Origin: an uncultured Thermoplasmatales archaeon
GTDB taxonomy: Archaea > Thermoplasmatota > E2 > DHVEG-1
Assembly (NCBI GenBank): GCA_964601295.1
Contig: CAZRMY010000001.1
Span: forward strand, 1-50,748
Direction: 5' to 3'
DNA length: 50,748 bases
A program made the position numbers and the translations under genes. The notes below the pieces were generated by a model, which did no database searches, was not told the DNA's origin, and worked only from the letters and a program-made list of their open reading frames with translations. Each line of letters starts with the position of its first letter. The first letter of the stretch is position 1. Positions 26,001-34,369 of the stretch are shown here, piece by piece.

Positions 26001-27119
26001 TTAAAGGGGTAATGGAATGCGTTCTACTTCAAGTTTGTCTGCGGTAGGGTATTCCTCTGTGAGATAGCAGTGGTGACCATGTTGTGTCAGCTGTGCGGCG
26101 ATGGTTTGTAGTATCCAGGGTGCAAGTTCAATGCGTTGTTGGACTGTATTGATAGTTATTAGGTGTTTTTTTATATGGTATGTTTTTTTGAGGTAGGCGC
26201 TAAGTTTTGTTAGAGATGTGTTTTGATTAGGTAGTATTATTCCTTTGATGATGGTTCCGTCCTGGGTGATAATGTCGTAGGGTTGTGCCGTATTGTGTGC
26301 GCGGCGGAGGATTCGATTTTTAAGTTGTACACCGTCTTTAAAGGATACTGAGCAGTAGTGCACACCGATATCAAGGGTGCTTTCTTGTACATGCTGGAGC
26401 ACGTGGTAGGCGGTTTCTTGGCTATGTTTTACTGCGGCTGATAGCTCGCTTTTGGTCGTATATCCTTTATTTATAAGGTTTGTTTGGTTGGTTTCTGAGA
26501 ATTCAAGTTCATTGAGATTCACATAATGTATGCCTTGATTGTTTGCCCATGTTATAAGCTGTATGAGGTCTTTTTCTTTGTGAGGTAGCGCGGGTATTTC
26601 TATAGCTACGTCAACATCTTGTTTCAGGGTTTCCTGCAGTGGTTTTTTTTGAGGGCTTTTGTTCATTTGGATCCAGAAATGTGGGTGAGGATGAAAGCGT
26701 ATTTCGTCGAGTCCGCTGTGGATTAAATCCGGTATATATTGAGTGTTGGTTGTACCGTGTGTGTAAAGATGGATGTGAAATGATTCGCCAAAATAGTTTT
26801 TGAGATGTTGTATATATGTTTGGGTGCGTTGCCAGACAACTAGAGGGTCTCCACCAGTGATGCCTACACCGGTTGCGTCTATCAACTGCGCTTCTTGGTA
26901 GAGTATATCGATATCTTGTTCACTGGTGAGTTCCCATTCATCTGCAAAGATACGATCGGTGTTTTTTTTGCTGATGCTCAATGGGCAGTAGTAGCAGTTT
27001 ACAGTGCATAAACCTGTTATGAGGATAACCATTTTGCTTCCGTGGGCACACATTTTGCAGGCGGGTGAAAGTGGTGGTGTGTAGGTGCTTTGATTATGCC
27101 ATTTGTTGATTGTTTTCAT
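26001..27119 (-). CDS. Radical SAM domain protein of unknown function (COG2108-like by recollection)
   Basis: CxxxCxxC cluster motif, GLCTVNCYYCP, preceded by an extra Cys pair, ACKMCAHG. GGDPL glycine-rich SAM motif. 372 aa. Confidence 0.7.
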   Translation of the reverse strand: MKTINKWHNQSTYTPPLSPACKMCAHGSKMVILITGLCTVNCYYCPLSISKKNTDRIFADEWELTSEQDIDILYQEAQLIDATGVGITGGDPLVVWQRTQTYIQHLKNYFGESFHIHLYTHGTTNTQYIPDLIHSGLDEIRFHPHPHFWIQMNKSPQKKPLQETLKQDVDVAIEIPALPHKEKDLIQLITWANNQGIHYVNLNELEFSETNQTNLINKGYTTKSELSAAVKHSQETAYHVLQHVQESTLDIGVHYCSVSFKDGVQLKNRILRRAHNTAQPYDIITQDGTIIKGIILPNQNTSLTKLSAYLKKTYHIKKHLITINTVQQRIELAPWILQTIAAQLTQHGHHCYLTEEYPTADKLEVERIPLPL

Positions 27120-27377
27120 GGACGAGCAGTGAGGGAGAGTATGTCTGCTATTTTAAAAACCCTTGTTAATTTTGTTTAAGTGTTGTTAAAACATGTTTTT
27201 TTAATCATTTTTTTAGATAAATTTATATAGGTGTTATGGATTCGGCGGGTGCGGTGAGGAAGGGCTACCCTTTTCATGTATTTATCCCCTGAAACCCTTC
27301 TTCCCCCCTTTGATTTTAGGCCTGTAGTGTTTATCAGTACTGGCTATTTTGTATATGAAAAAGTTGGGTGTATGATG

Positions 27378-27452
27378 TGGGCCCGGAGAGATTTGAACTC
27401 TCGACCTCCCGGTTATCAGCCGGGTGCTCCAACCAATCTAAGCTACGAGCCC
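27378..27452 (-). tRNA. tRNA-Ile (anticodon GAU), CCA not encoded
   Basis: The reverse complement folds as a cloverleaf: GGGCUCG/CGGGCCC acceptor (one G-U), GCUU/GAGC D stem, CCCGG-CUGAUAA-CCGGG anticodon arm, GAGAG-UUCAAAU-CUCUC T arm, discriminator A followed by CAU. 75 nt. T5 run just downstream. Confidence 0.9.
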
Positions 27453-27622
27453 GAAATTTTTGGTGGTGGTAATACAGTTGTGCTATTTAACTTTTTTAAC
27501 CTTCCATGTGCGCTCTTTTTCTTTGTTCGTACAACTTTTAATAAGTTATATTTATATATACTGCACACTAATTAATATTGTTAAGGAGGTACATCTAGTA
27601 GGGTAGATGTGGAACAGGTAGT

Positions 27623-29071
27623 ATGGGCTTTGAAGGTTCTACGAGTAGATGGCTGATTGGGAGTGCAAGTATCGCTTCAGTTTTAATATTGATAGGAGCG
27701 TCTATAGTTCCACATGTTTTCGTAGATGATTCTGAGACCAGCAATACCGTTGATTTGGATGACGAGTGGGATATTATTATCCCAGATGATTATGCAAGTA
27801 TTATGGAGGCGTTTGATCATGCAATTTCAGGTGATCGTATTTTTGTGCGTAATGGCACACATCCTGTCCGCTCTCGTCTGTGGCGGTCAACCAGTGTTTC
27901 TAAACAGAATATCACCTTATGGGGCGCGGGATCACGTTCTACGATTATTGATGTGATGGGTACTCCTCTGTATTTTTCTGGTGATGCAGTCGTTTTACGC
28001 GGGTTTACCCTTCGAGGTAATAATGAAAACGGTTCGTTGTTGGTGTTATCCTACTGTCATGATTGTATGGTTGAGGATGTCTTTTTTGATATCTATGATT
28101 GGATGGATGGCAGAGAGTATGGCATTAAATGTTATGGTCTGGTTAATTTCATCTTTCGTAATAACCAAGTTTGCAATGGGGAGTATGGTTTAACTTTAGA
28201 TGGATGCCAGCATAGCTTATTTGAGCAGAATCATTTTGAACGCATAGATTACGCAGTGCGGCTTGATGAAGGATACACCAAGGACTCGCGGTTGTTACGA
28301 CCGCGGTATATTACAAAAGTACTGACCCGCAATAATATTTTTAAAAACAATTCATTCTTTAAAAATTACCAAGGTATCGCAGATTTTTATAGTATTGAAA
28401 ATCATTATATAGGAAATATTTTTGATTCCAACTGGGGTGCAGGGTTACATATCTCCAACTGCATAACCTGTACAATAGAAAAAAATAGTTTCCATAATGA
28501 TGGCTTGGAACTTGCTGGATTAGATGAAGAAGATTATCTGCATACCATCCAAGATAACATTGTGAATGATAAGCCATTGTATTACTATGTAGATGAATAT
28601 GATTTAACTGTCCCAGCCGATGCAGGATGTATCATCCTGATCAAATGTTCTCGAGCGCAGGTTCAGGGGCAAAAAATTTATAATACCACTGTTGGAGTGT
28701 TACTAGCTTTTTGTCGACATTGCATTATTTCAGAAAATGAATTTGGATACAATGATTGCGGTGTGTATCTTATGCGATCATATGAAAATACTATTAAAAA
28801 AAATAATCTCATCGGTAATACCGCTAACGCCCGTTTTGTTTGCACAAAATTTGTTAACTCCCATCGGAATAATTGGAAACAGAATTACTGGGAGAAACCA
28901 CTGGGTATACGCCCTCTGTTAAAACGTTTGCCCGTACGCATCCCCGGTCGTATATATTTAGAACGCAGATCACTTCTGTTTAACAGACTTAGATTTCGTT
29001 TATTTGGCATACCTGTGGGAAACTATGATATACGCCCCATAAAAACACCCTACTCAATACCAGTTGGGTAA
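27623..29071 (+). CDS. Membrane-anchored right-handed parallel beta-helix repeat protein (NosD/CASH-like)
   Basis: N-terminal TM (WLIGSASIASVLILIGASIV). Recurring ~22-aa beta-helix turns: NNIFKNNSFFKNYQGI, IEKNSFHNDG, ISENEFGYNDCGVYLMRSYENTIKKNNLIGN. Basic C-terminal tail. Confidence 0.55.
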   Translation: MGFEGSTSRWLIGSASIASVLILIGASIVPHVFVDDSETSNTVDLDDEWDIIIPDDYASIMEAFDHAISGDRIFVRNGTHPVRSRLWRSTSVSKQNITLWGAGSRSTIIDVMGTPLYFSGDAVVLRGFTLRGNNENGSLLVLSYCHDCMVEDVFFDIYDWMDGREYGIKCYGLVNFIFRNNQVCNGEYGLTLDGCQHSLFEQNHFERIDYAVRLDEGYTKDSRLLRPRYITKVLTRNNIFKNNSFFKNYQGIADFYSIENHYIGNIFDSNWGAGLHISNCITCTIEKNSFHNDGLELAGLDEEDYLHTIQDNIVNDKPLYYYVDEYDLTVPADAGCIILIKCSRAQVQGQKIYNTTVGVLLAFCRHCIISENEFGYNDCGVYLMRSYENTIKKNNLIGNTANARFVCTKFVNSHRNNWKQNYWEKPLGIRPLLKRLPVRIPGRIYLERRSLLFNRLRFRLFGIPVGNYDIRPIKTPYSIPVG

Positions 29072-29137
29072 CCCTGCTTTTTAACTATTGTGAGAATCGA
29101 CACTTTAATAGATTATTAATTAATTGCAGGTGAGAAC

Positions 29138-30655
29138 ATGGAACTGCAGAAAATTATCAGTGAACTATCACAGCATGAAAAAAAAGTTTTACTCACACTT
29201 GAAAAACTTGGTGGAAAATCCACACCAGCAGAGATATTACAGCACGGGGATTTTACAAAACAAGTCGCTGTGATGAATGCTACATCCTGGTTACAGTCAA
29301 AGAAATTAGTAACCGTTGAAGAGCACATATCTAAGACATATGTATTAGGTAAAGAAGGTAAACAGTTTTTACAACAGGGGTTCCCTGAAAAACGTGCGTT
29401 ACGTGTTATTGCTGACCACTCTGGCTCGGCAACCTTTAGCCAGATCGGAAAAGCTCTGGATAAATCTGAAATCTCAGTTGCTATTGGATGGTTAAAACGA
29501 TATGGCTGGGTGACTATATCAAAAGATAAAGATACTGTTTTTAACTTAACGGATAAAGGTAAAAAAGCGCTTTCAAAAACTACTCCTGAAGAACAGGTGC
29601 TTAAGAATATAGATGCTGAAGCATTTGATCAATTAAATATCCCGGCGTTACACAATGTTTTATCACGAAAAAATGTGGTTAAAGAAAAAGAACGAATCTC
29701 CAGTACAATTACTCTCACGGATCTAGGAAAAAATGTGGTTAAAGAAGGCTTAGAGCTTCGTGAAGAGCTAACCCAGTTAACTAGTGAGTCCATTAAGAAT
29801 CGTAAATGGGAAGAAATGTCTATCAGACCGTATGATATTCATGCGTTTGCACCTAATATATATGGCGGTAAACCACATCCGTTGGTATATTTAATTGATG
29901 AAATTCGGCAGATTTTTTTAGAAATGGGTTTTGAAGAAATTGAAGGTCATTACGTTGAATCCGGTTTCTGGAATATGGATGCGTTATTTATCCCGCAAGA
30001 TCATCCCGCTCGGGAAATGCAGGATACCTTGTATTGTTCGCATCCTGCAAAAATGCCGATAAAGGAGACTAAGTTTGTAGAAAAAATCGCTGAGGTCCAT
30101 GAATCAGGTGGTTCAACGGGGTCCTCTGGATGGGGGTATTCTTTTTCCCGTGAGGAAGGTAAGCGTACATTGCTGAGGACGCATACCACGGTTAATACGT
30201 TACGATATCTGTATCATAACCCCAAACCTCCATGTAAGGTTTTCTCTGTTGGTCGGGTGTTTCGTAAGGAAAATATTGATACAACGCATCTTCCTGAGTT
30301 TTATCAGATTGAGGGTATAGTGCATGAAGAAGGTGCAAATTTCCGTCAGCTGTTAGGATTGCTTAAGGAGTTTTATCATAGGATGGGTTTTGAGAAAATA
30401 CGTTTTCGCCCTGGTTACTTTCCGTATACTGAACCAAGTATGGAAGTTGAGGTGTTCTGGAATGACCGATGGATGGAGCTTGGTGGATCAGGTATTTTCC
30501 GTCCTGAGGTTACTCAGCCAGTAGGGGTTACTGAACCGGTGCTTGCTTGGGGGTTAGGGTTAGAACGACTGGCGATGCTTCGGTATGATTTGACGGATAT
30601 GCGTGCGTTGTATACCAGTGATTTAGCATGGTTACGTAAACAGCCTTTGATATAA
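29138..30655 (+). CDS. pheS: Phenylalanine--tRNA ligase alpha subunit (archaeal/eukaryotic type)
   Basis: N-terminal winged-helix repeats. Class II motifs FIPQDHPAREMQDT, LLRTHTT, FRKE..D.THL.EFYQIEG, GLGLERLAM. AGGTGA 5 nt upstream of the ATG. Confidence 0.9.
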   Translation: MELQKIISELSQHEKKVLLTLEKLGGKSTPAEILQHGDFTKQVAVMNATSWLQSKKLVTVEEHISKTYVLGKEGKQFLQQGFPEKRALRVIADHSGSATFSQIGKALDKSEISVAIGWLKRYGWVTISKDKDTVFNLTDKGKKALSKTTPEEQVLKNIDAEAFDQLNIPALHNVLSRKNVVKEKERISSTITLTDLGKNVVKEGLELREELTQLTSESIKNRKWEEMSIRPYDIHAFAPNIYGGKPHPLVYLIDEIRQIFLEMGFEEIEGHYVESGFWNMDALFIPQDHPAREMQDTLYCSHPAKMPIKETKFVEKIAEVHESGGSTGSSGWGYSFSREEGKRTLLRTHTTVNTLRYLYHNPKPPCKVFSVGRVFRKENIDTTHLPEFYQIEGIVHEEGANFRQLLGLLKEFYHRMGFEKIRFRPGYFPYTEPSMEVEVFWNDRWMELGGSGIFRPEVTQPVGVTEPVLAWGLGLERLAMLRYDLTDMRALYTSDLAWLRKQPLI

Positions 30656-30702
30656 TCTTGCCGTGGTTAAATTACAATAGGACAAGGTTTTAGAGGTAGT
30701 TC

Positions 30703-30709
30703 TTTTTTT
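30703..30709 (+). terminator. T7 run downstream of pheS (overlaps the stop codon of the convergent heliorhodopsin gene)
   Basis: ttttttt at 30703..30709, 48 nt after the pheS stop. Confidence 0.35.
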
Positions 30710-31502
30710 ATATTGGACGGAGCGTGCCAGCGTAGACCTGCCATGCAAGTGCAGATTTTGCGACAAGACTTAGGATAATATATGCCCGTTCGCCGTAAAG
30801 GTAGTCCCGCCATTTACCGATTTTTTTGTACTGCAGAACCATATTAATGGCAAATATGTTGAAGAAGATCGCAATGGATATGAAGATATAATAGACAAAG
30901 TCAGGTATGCTGCCTTCTGAGGCAATAGTTGCTCCTCCGAGATACAGGGCTATGACTACCCATGGTATGACACCTGCGAATACTCCAAAATAGTAACTTG
31001 TCCAGTTGGTTTTTTGTGTGGTCTGGTTGTGTAGCTCCATCATTAAACCAAATAGGTTCATGCAGGCGTTGATAGCAAAAATTGGGATAAGCGTTCCTAG
31101 ATCGTAGATCCCAACAAGCATGGCGATTACTACGATCATAACTGATGAGCTAAACGCATATTCGAACCATCGTGCGTAGTTGATATGTCTTTTTAGGTTT
31201 TTTACATACCAGGGGTATCCCCATGGAGACGAAAGTGAGAAGTGTGCGATAGCTGAAATAAGGAGGAACAGCGCAACTAATGGTGCAATGGTGATTTCGG
31301 CAAGAGTACTTGTTGTAAGACCAAGGCTTTGAGTCGCGGTATTGTATTCAAGGTAAGATAATGTGATTGGCAGATGAAAATCTGTGCTGAGATACAGCAT
31401 GAGACTAAACTGTATAAAATGAAAGCATCCCATGATAAAGTTGAATATACGTAAACGGTGAAAGACCAGCGGTTTTTCCATTGTCTGTTGAATGGAGGCC
31501 AT
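30708..31502 (-). CDS. Heliorhodopsin (7-TM retinal protein, inverted-topology rhodopsin family)
   Basis: 264 aa with seven hydrophobic segments. Family blocks recalled from HeR 48C12/TaHeR: FHFIQ (His28), SAIAHF (His87), RWFEYAFSSSVMIV (counterion Glu114), VLQYKKIGKWRDYLYGERAYIILSLVAKSALAWQVYAGTLRP (Schiff-base Lys249, codon AAA at 30756..30758). Confidence 0.88.
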   Translation of the reverse strand: MASIQQTMEKPLVFHRLRIFNFIMGCFHFIQFSLMLYLSTDFHLPITLSYLEYNTATQSLGLTTSTLAEITIAPLVALFLLISAIAHFSLSSPWGYPWYVKNLKRHINYARWFEYAFSSSVMIVVIAMLVGIYDLGTLIPIFAINACMNLFGLMMELHNQTTQKTNWTSYYFGVFAGVIPWVVIALYLGGATIASEGSIPDFVYYIFISIAIFFNIFAINMVLQYKKIGKWRDYLYGERAYIILSLVAKSALAWQVYAGTLRPI

Positions 31503-31523
31503 AATAGGGGATAGTATATGCAG

Positions 31524-31556
31524 GTAAAATATTTTTTGCGATAAAGCTTTATATAT
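31524..31556. promoter_or_regulatory. Back-to-back promoter region between the heliorhodopsin gene and the divergent membrane-protein gene
   Basis: On the plus strand, AAAGC-TTTATATA (31543..31555) lies ~26 nt before ATG 31579, consistent with a leaderless transcript. On the minus strand, AAAAAATATTTTA (31524..31536) lies ~25 nt before the heliorhodopsin ATG. Confidence 0.35.
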
Positions 31557-32556
31557 GTTATATTATATTTTTTTGTATATGCTATGTAAAAGTAGAGTAG
31601 GTCTTACAACACTTCTCGTGCTTTTGTTCATTATAAACATGAGTGTATTAACTGTTCAAGCACGTCCCTATCTTTTTACCACTGATTCATCACTTTCATT
31701 ATCTGCGTCTCCAACAGACCTTGGGTTAATATCCCCTGGAACAGGTGAAGCAGACAGCACATTAACAATTACCTATGCCTACGGACGGTTTGCTCGACCA
31801 GCGGGATTTCCTCTACCAAATAGAAAAACACCTACATCGATTATGCTTGCAGTTGAAAGTAGCCCTACTTGGTGTGAAGTTACCATAGATGCTCTTGAAT
31901 TCAGTGCGCAAATAGGTAGTTTCGTTCAATCAGGATCGGTTGACTTTACCGCTAATATCTCAGCACAAATCCCCGCTGCAGATACCCTTGCAAATCAACA
32001 AGGAATTATTGTGGTAAATGTCTCTGCTGCACAAAATGGTAATATTTTATCTTCCACTCAGCAAATCGAGCTCACCGTAACATCTGGTTTTATCCCAGCT
32101 ATTGATTACACGATATCAAACACGACATTTGAGTTGCACCCAAATGAACAACAAATAACTACACTACAAATAGAAAATACAGGTAATACACCGCTTTATG
32201 TTGAAGCTAAGGTTGATCATACACATACTGAAATTTTCGATATTACTATACCTGAACCGCAAATGCTCGATGTTGATCAGGATGCATCCATATCTGTTAC
32301 CATTTCTGCTCGAGACAATGAGAACCTCAGCAGTCAACGTTTACATGTTAATGTAAGTCTGGATTATTTTGCTGTTGAAAATCATTCTGCTGCTGGTGCC
32401 TCTGAAAAAATACCGTTAACCATTGAATTTATGGTAACTGCTGAAGATGAAGCTGATCTTATTGATCTTGCTCCTTTTGTTATTGGTATCTTTGGTGCTT
32501 TCTTAGTGTTATATCTACTATTTTGGATTGTATCTCGCAGACGCCGGCAGGCCTAA
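31555..32556 (+). CDS. Hypothetical type-I membrane-anchored surface protein (two Ig/CARDB-like beta-sandwich regions, C-terminal TM + RRRRQA)
   Basis: Signal-like GLTTLLVLLFIINMSVLTVQA. LHPNEQQITTLQIENTGNTPLYVEAKV resembles CARDB/NEW3-type strands. C-terminal TM FVIGIFGAFLVLYLLFWIV. The true start may be ATG 31579. T6 run at 32610..32615 downstream. Confidence 0.55.
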   Translation: MLYYIFLYMLCKSRVGLTTLLVLLFIINMSVLTVQARPYLFTTDSSLSLSASPTDLGLISPGTGEADSTLTITYAYGRFARPAGFPLPNRKTPTSIMLAVESSPTWCEVTIDALEFSAQIGSFVQSGSVDFTANISAQIPAADTLANQQGIIVVNVSAAQNGNILSSTQQIELTVTSGFIPAIDYTISNTTFELHPNEQQITTLQIENTGNTPLYVEAKVDHTHTEIFDITIPEPQMLDVDQDASISVTISARDNENLSSQRLHVNVSLDYFAVENHSAAGASEKIPLTIEFMVTAEDEADLIDLAPFVIGIFGAFLVLYLLFWIVSRRRRQA

Positions 32557-32690
32557 AAATTGCCGGTGGATACACAACAAAATGACTGATAAAAGGTTTT
32601 CTGTCAATATTTTTTCCGTTCTTATGATACTATACATCTTATCATAAAAAATTCTTGAAATTTGTTATATTTAGAAGTACCAAATAAAAT

Positions 32691-32699
32691 TTTTATATA
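32691..32699 (+). promoter_or_regulatory. TATA box (TTTTATATA) for the papain-propeller gene pair
   Basis: Centre is ~41 nt upstream of ATG 32736. This predicts a ~15-nt leader carrying GGGGG (32726..32730). Confidence 0.4.
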
Positions 32700-32735
32700 C
32701 CAAGCTCTTTATGTTTACACAATTAGGGGGTAAAT

Positions 32736-34352
32736 ATGACGGAAAGGATATCAACTTTTATTATAATAGTGCTACTATTAACTAGTTTTCTACCAGCTAG
32801 CATTACTGCGTATCATTCATCTGAGCAACCACTACCACTCACTAGCACATCACATACGGTAGGACCAGAAACAGACTCTGAGCCGCTACCATATGTTATG
32901 AAAGAATCGTATTGTGATGCCGTACCTATAGATACTACCTCTAAACCACTAGCAGTGGATACTCCGGAGTATTTCAGCTGGAAAGAGTATGCAGATCAAG
33001 ATTGGACTTCACCGGTTAGAGATCAAGGATTTTGTGGAAGCTGTTGGTGTTTTGCAGCACTCGCGGTTGTAGAAAGCGCGATCAACATTCAAGAGAACTG
33101 CTCCTATTTAGATTATGATCTCTCTGAACAATATGTACTCTCTTGTCTTCCTAAAGCAGGATCCTGTATGGGCGGGATGGCCTATCGGGCGTTAAAATAT
33201 ATCATCAATGAATCTGCTGATGGCAACTACTGCAATGGTATCATACCTGAAGCATGCATGCGCTACCAAGCACGAGACGATGTCCCGTGTAGTGATAAAT
33301 GTCCAGATTGGCAGGACCGGCGTATCCCATTAGTTAGTTATGCTCGGTGGAACGCAGAACCAGAAGATCGTGAGCTTATAAAAACTGAGATCATGCAATC
33401 AGGACCGGTAGCAGTTGCTATGTATGTTAACCGAGATTTTCTCAGCTGGCATATGACCAGTCATGACCCTGCGGATTATTATCCGTTTCAGGAGGAACAT
33501 TCAACTAATCATCAAGTGCTGATGCTTGGATGGAAGGATGACCCTGCGATTGGAAATGGGGGGTATTGGATTTGTAAAAACAGTTGGGGGCCAGGATATG
33601 GCTACGGCGGCTTTTTCAATATTGAATATGGTAGTCTACATATCGATGACTCAAATATTTTATCTGTAGAATATGACCCTCTAAGTTTTAATTGTCCGCC
33701 CGTTGCAGAAGGGAATGGACTGTATGAAACACATAGTGGAGCGGAACTCACTTTTGATGCTACCAATAGTTTTGATGTTGATAGTGACATTGTTTCATAT
33801 CATTGGACTTTCGGTGACGGTAACGAAGCATCCGGAACAATAGTAACCTACAGCTACGACACAGAAGGCATCTATCCCGTAACCCTTACGGTTACTGATG
33901 AACAAGGGAAAACAGGCGAGTATACAACCGCAGCATTTGTCGACTGTGTTAATCATCCGCCAGCAAAGCCCACTATCCAAGGACCACACATATTAACCAA
34001 CTTTACTTTCTATAATTTCACCTTTAGCTCAAATGATCCTGAAGGAGATAACATCTATTATTACATTGATTGGGATGAAGCAGAAATAGATGAATGGATA
34101 GGCCCCTATGATTCTGGAGAAGACGTAATATTACCCCACAGTTGGATGCAGCGTGGATTCTACACCATTAGAGTAAAAACAAAGGATATTTACGGCTATG
34201 AAAGCGATTGGGCGACAACTCGAGTGATACTCCCGCGAAACCAAGGGCTTTTTCAAAATACTTTTCAACAACTCATACCAGCATTCAAGAAATATCTTCC
34301 AGTAGATGCTCTCTCTTTAAGTCATAACCCATTTGAACTACGTATAACATAA
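32736..34352 (+). CDS. Secreted papain-family (C1) cysteine peptidase with PKD domain and PKD-like C-terminal module
   Basis: Signal peptide. Catalytic blocks RDQGFCGSCWCFAALAVVESA (Gln/Cys), STNHQVLMLGW (His), YWICKNSWGPGYGYGGF (Asn-Ser-Trp). PKD domain (YHWTFGDGNEASGTIVTYSYDTEGIYPVTLTVTDEQG). PKD-like module at 33951..34242. Confidence 0.88.
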   Translation: MTERISTFIIIVLLLTSFLPASITAYHSSEQPLPLTSTSHTVGPETDSEPLPYVMKESYCDAVPIDTTSKPLAVDTPEYFSWKEYADQDWTSPVRDQGFCGSCWCFAALAVVESAINIQENCSYLDYDLSEQYVLSCLPKAGSCMGGMAYRALKYIINESADGNYCNGIIPEACMRYQARDDVPCSDKCPDWQDRRIPLVSYARWNAEPEDRELIKTEIMQSGPVAVAMYVNRDFLSWHMTSHDPADYYPFQEEHSTNHQVLMLGWKDDPAIGNGGYWICKNSWGPGYGYGGFFNIEYGSLHIDDSNILSVEYDPLSFNCPPVAEGNGLYETHSGAELTFDATNSFDVDSDIVSYHWTFGDGNEASGTIVTYSYDTEGIYPVTLTVTDEQGKTGEYTTAAFVDCVNHPPAKPTIQGPHILTNFTFYNFTFSSNDPEGDNIYYYIDWDEAEIDEWIGPYDSGEDVILPHSWMQRGFYTIRVKTKDIYGYESDWATTRVILPRNQGLFQNTFQQLIPAFKKYLPVDALSLSHNPFELRIT

Positions 34353-34369
34353 AAATAATAAGTCAAGAG

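Noticed and set aside
27221-27275. Strong ATTTATATA box followed by a GC-rich patch (ggattcggcgggtgcggtgaggaagggctaccc) and T4: a candidate small RNA
   Set aside because: The predicted transcript would be only ~25 nt. Only 3-6-bp stems are possible. The box could equally serve the radical SAM gene on the other strand.
27276-27575. 99-aa plus-strand ORF
   Set aside because: It overlaps the well-folding tRNA-Ile on the opposite strand and has a low-complexity translation, so it is spurious.
32622-32647. 8-bp inverted repeat ttatgata-N10-tatcataa downstream of gene 31555..32556
   Set aside because: It is all A/T with a 10-nt loop, so it is thermodynamically weak, and it follows rather than precedes the T6 run at 32610..32615. 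It was not called as a terminator or operator.
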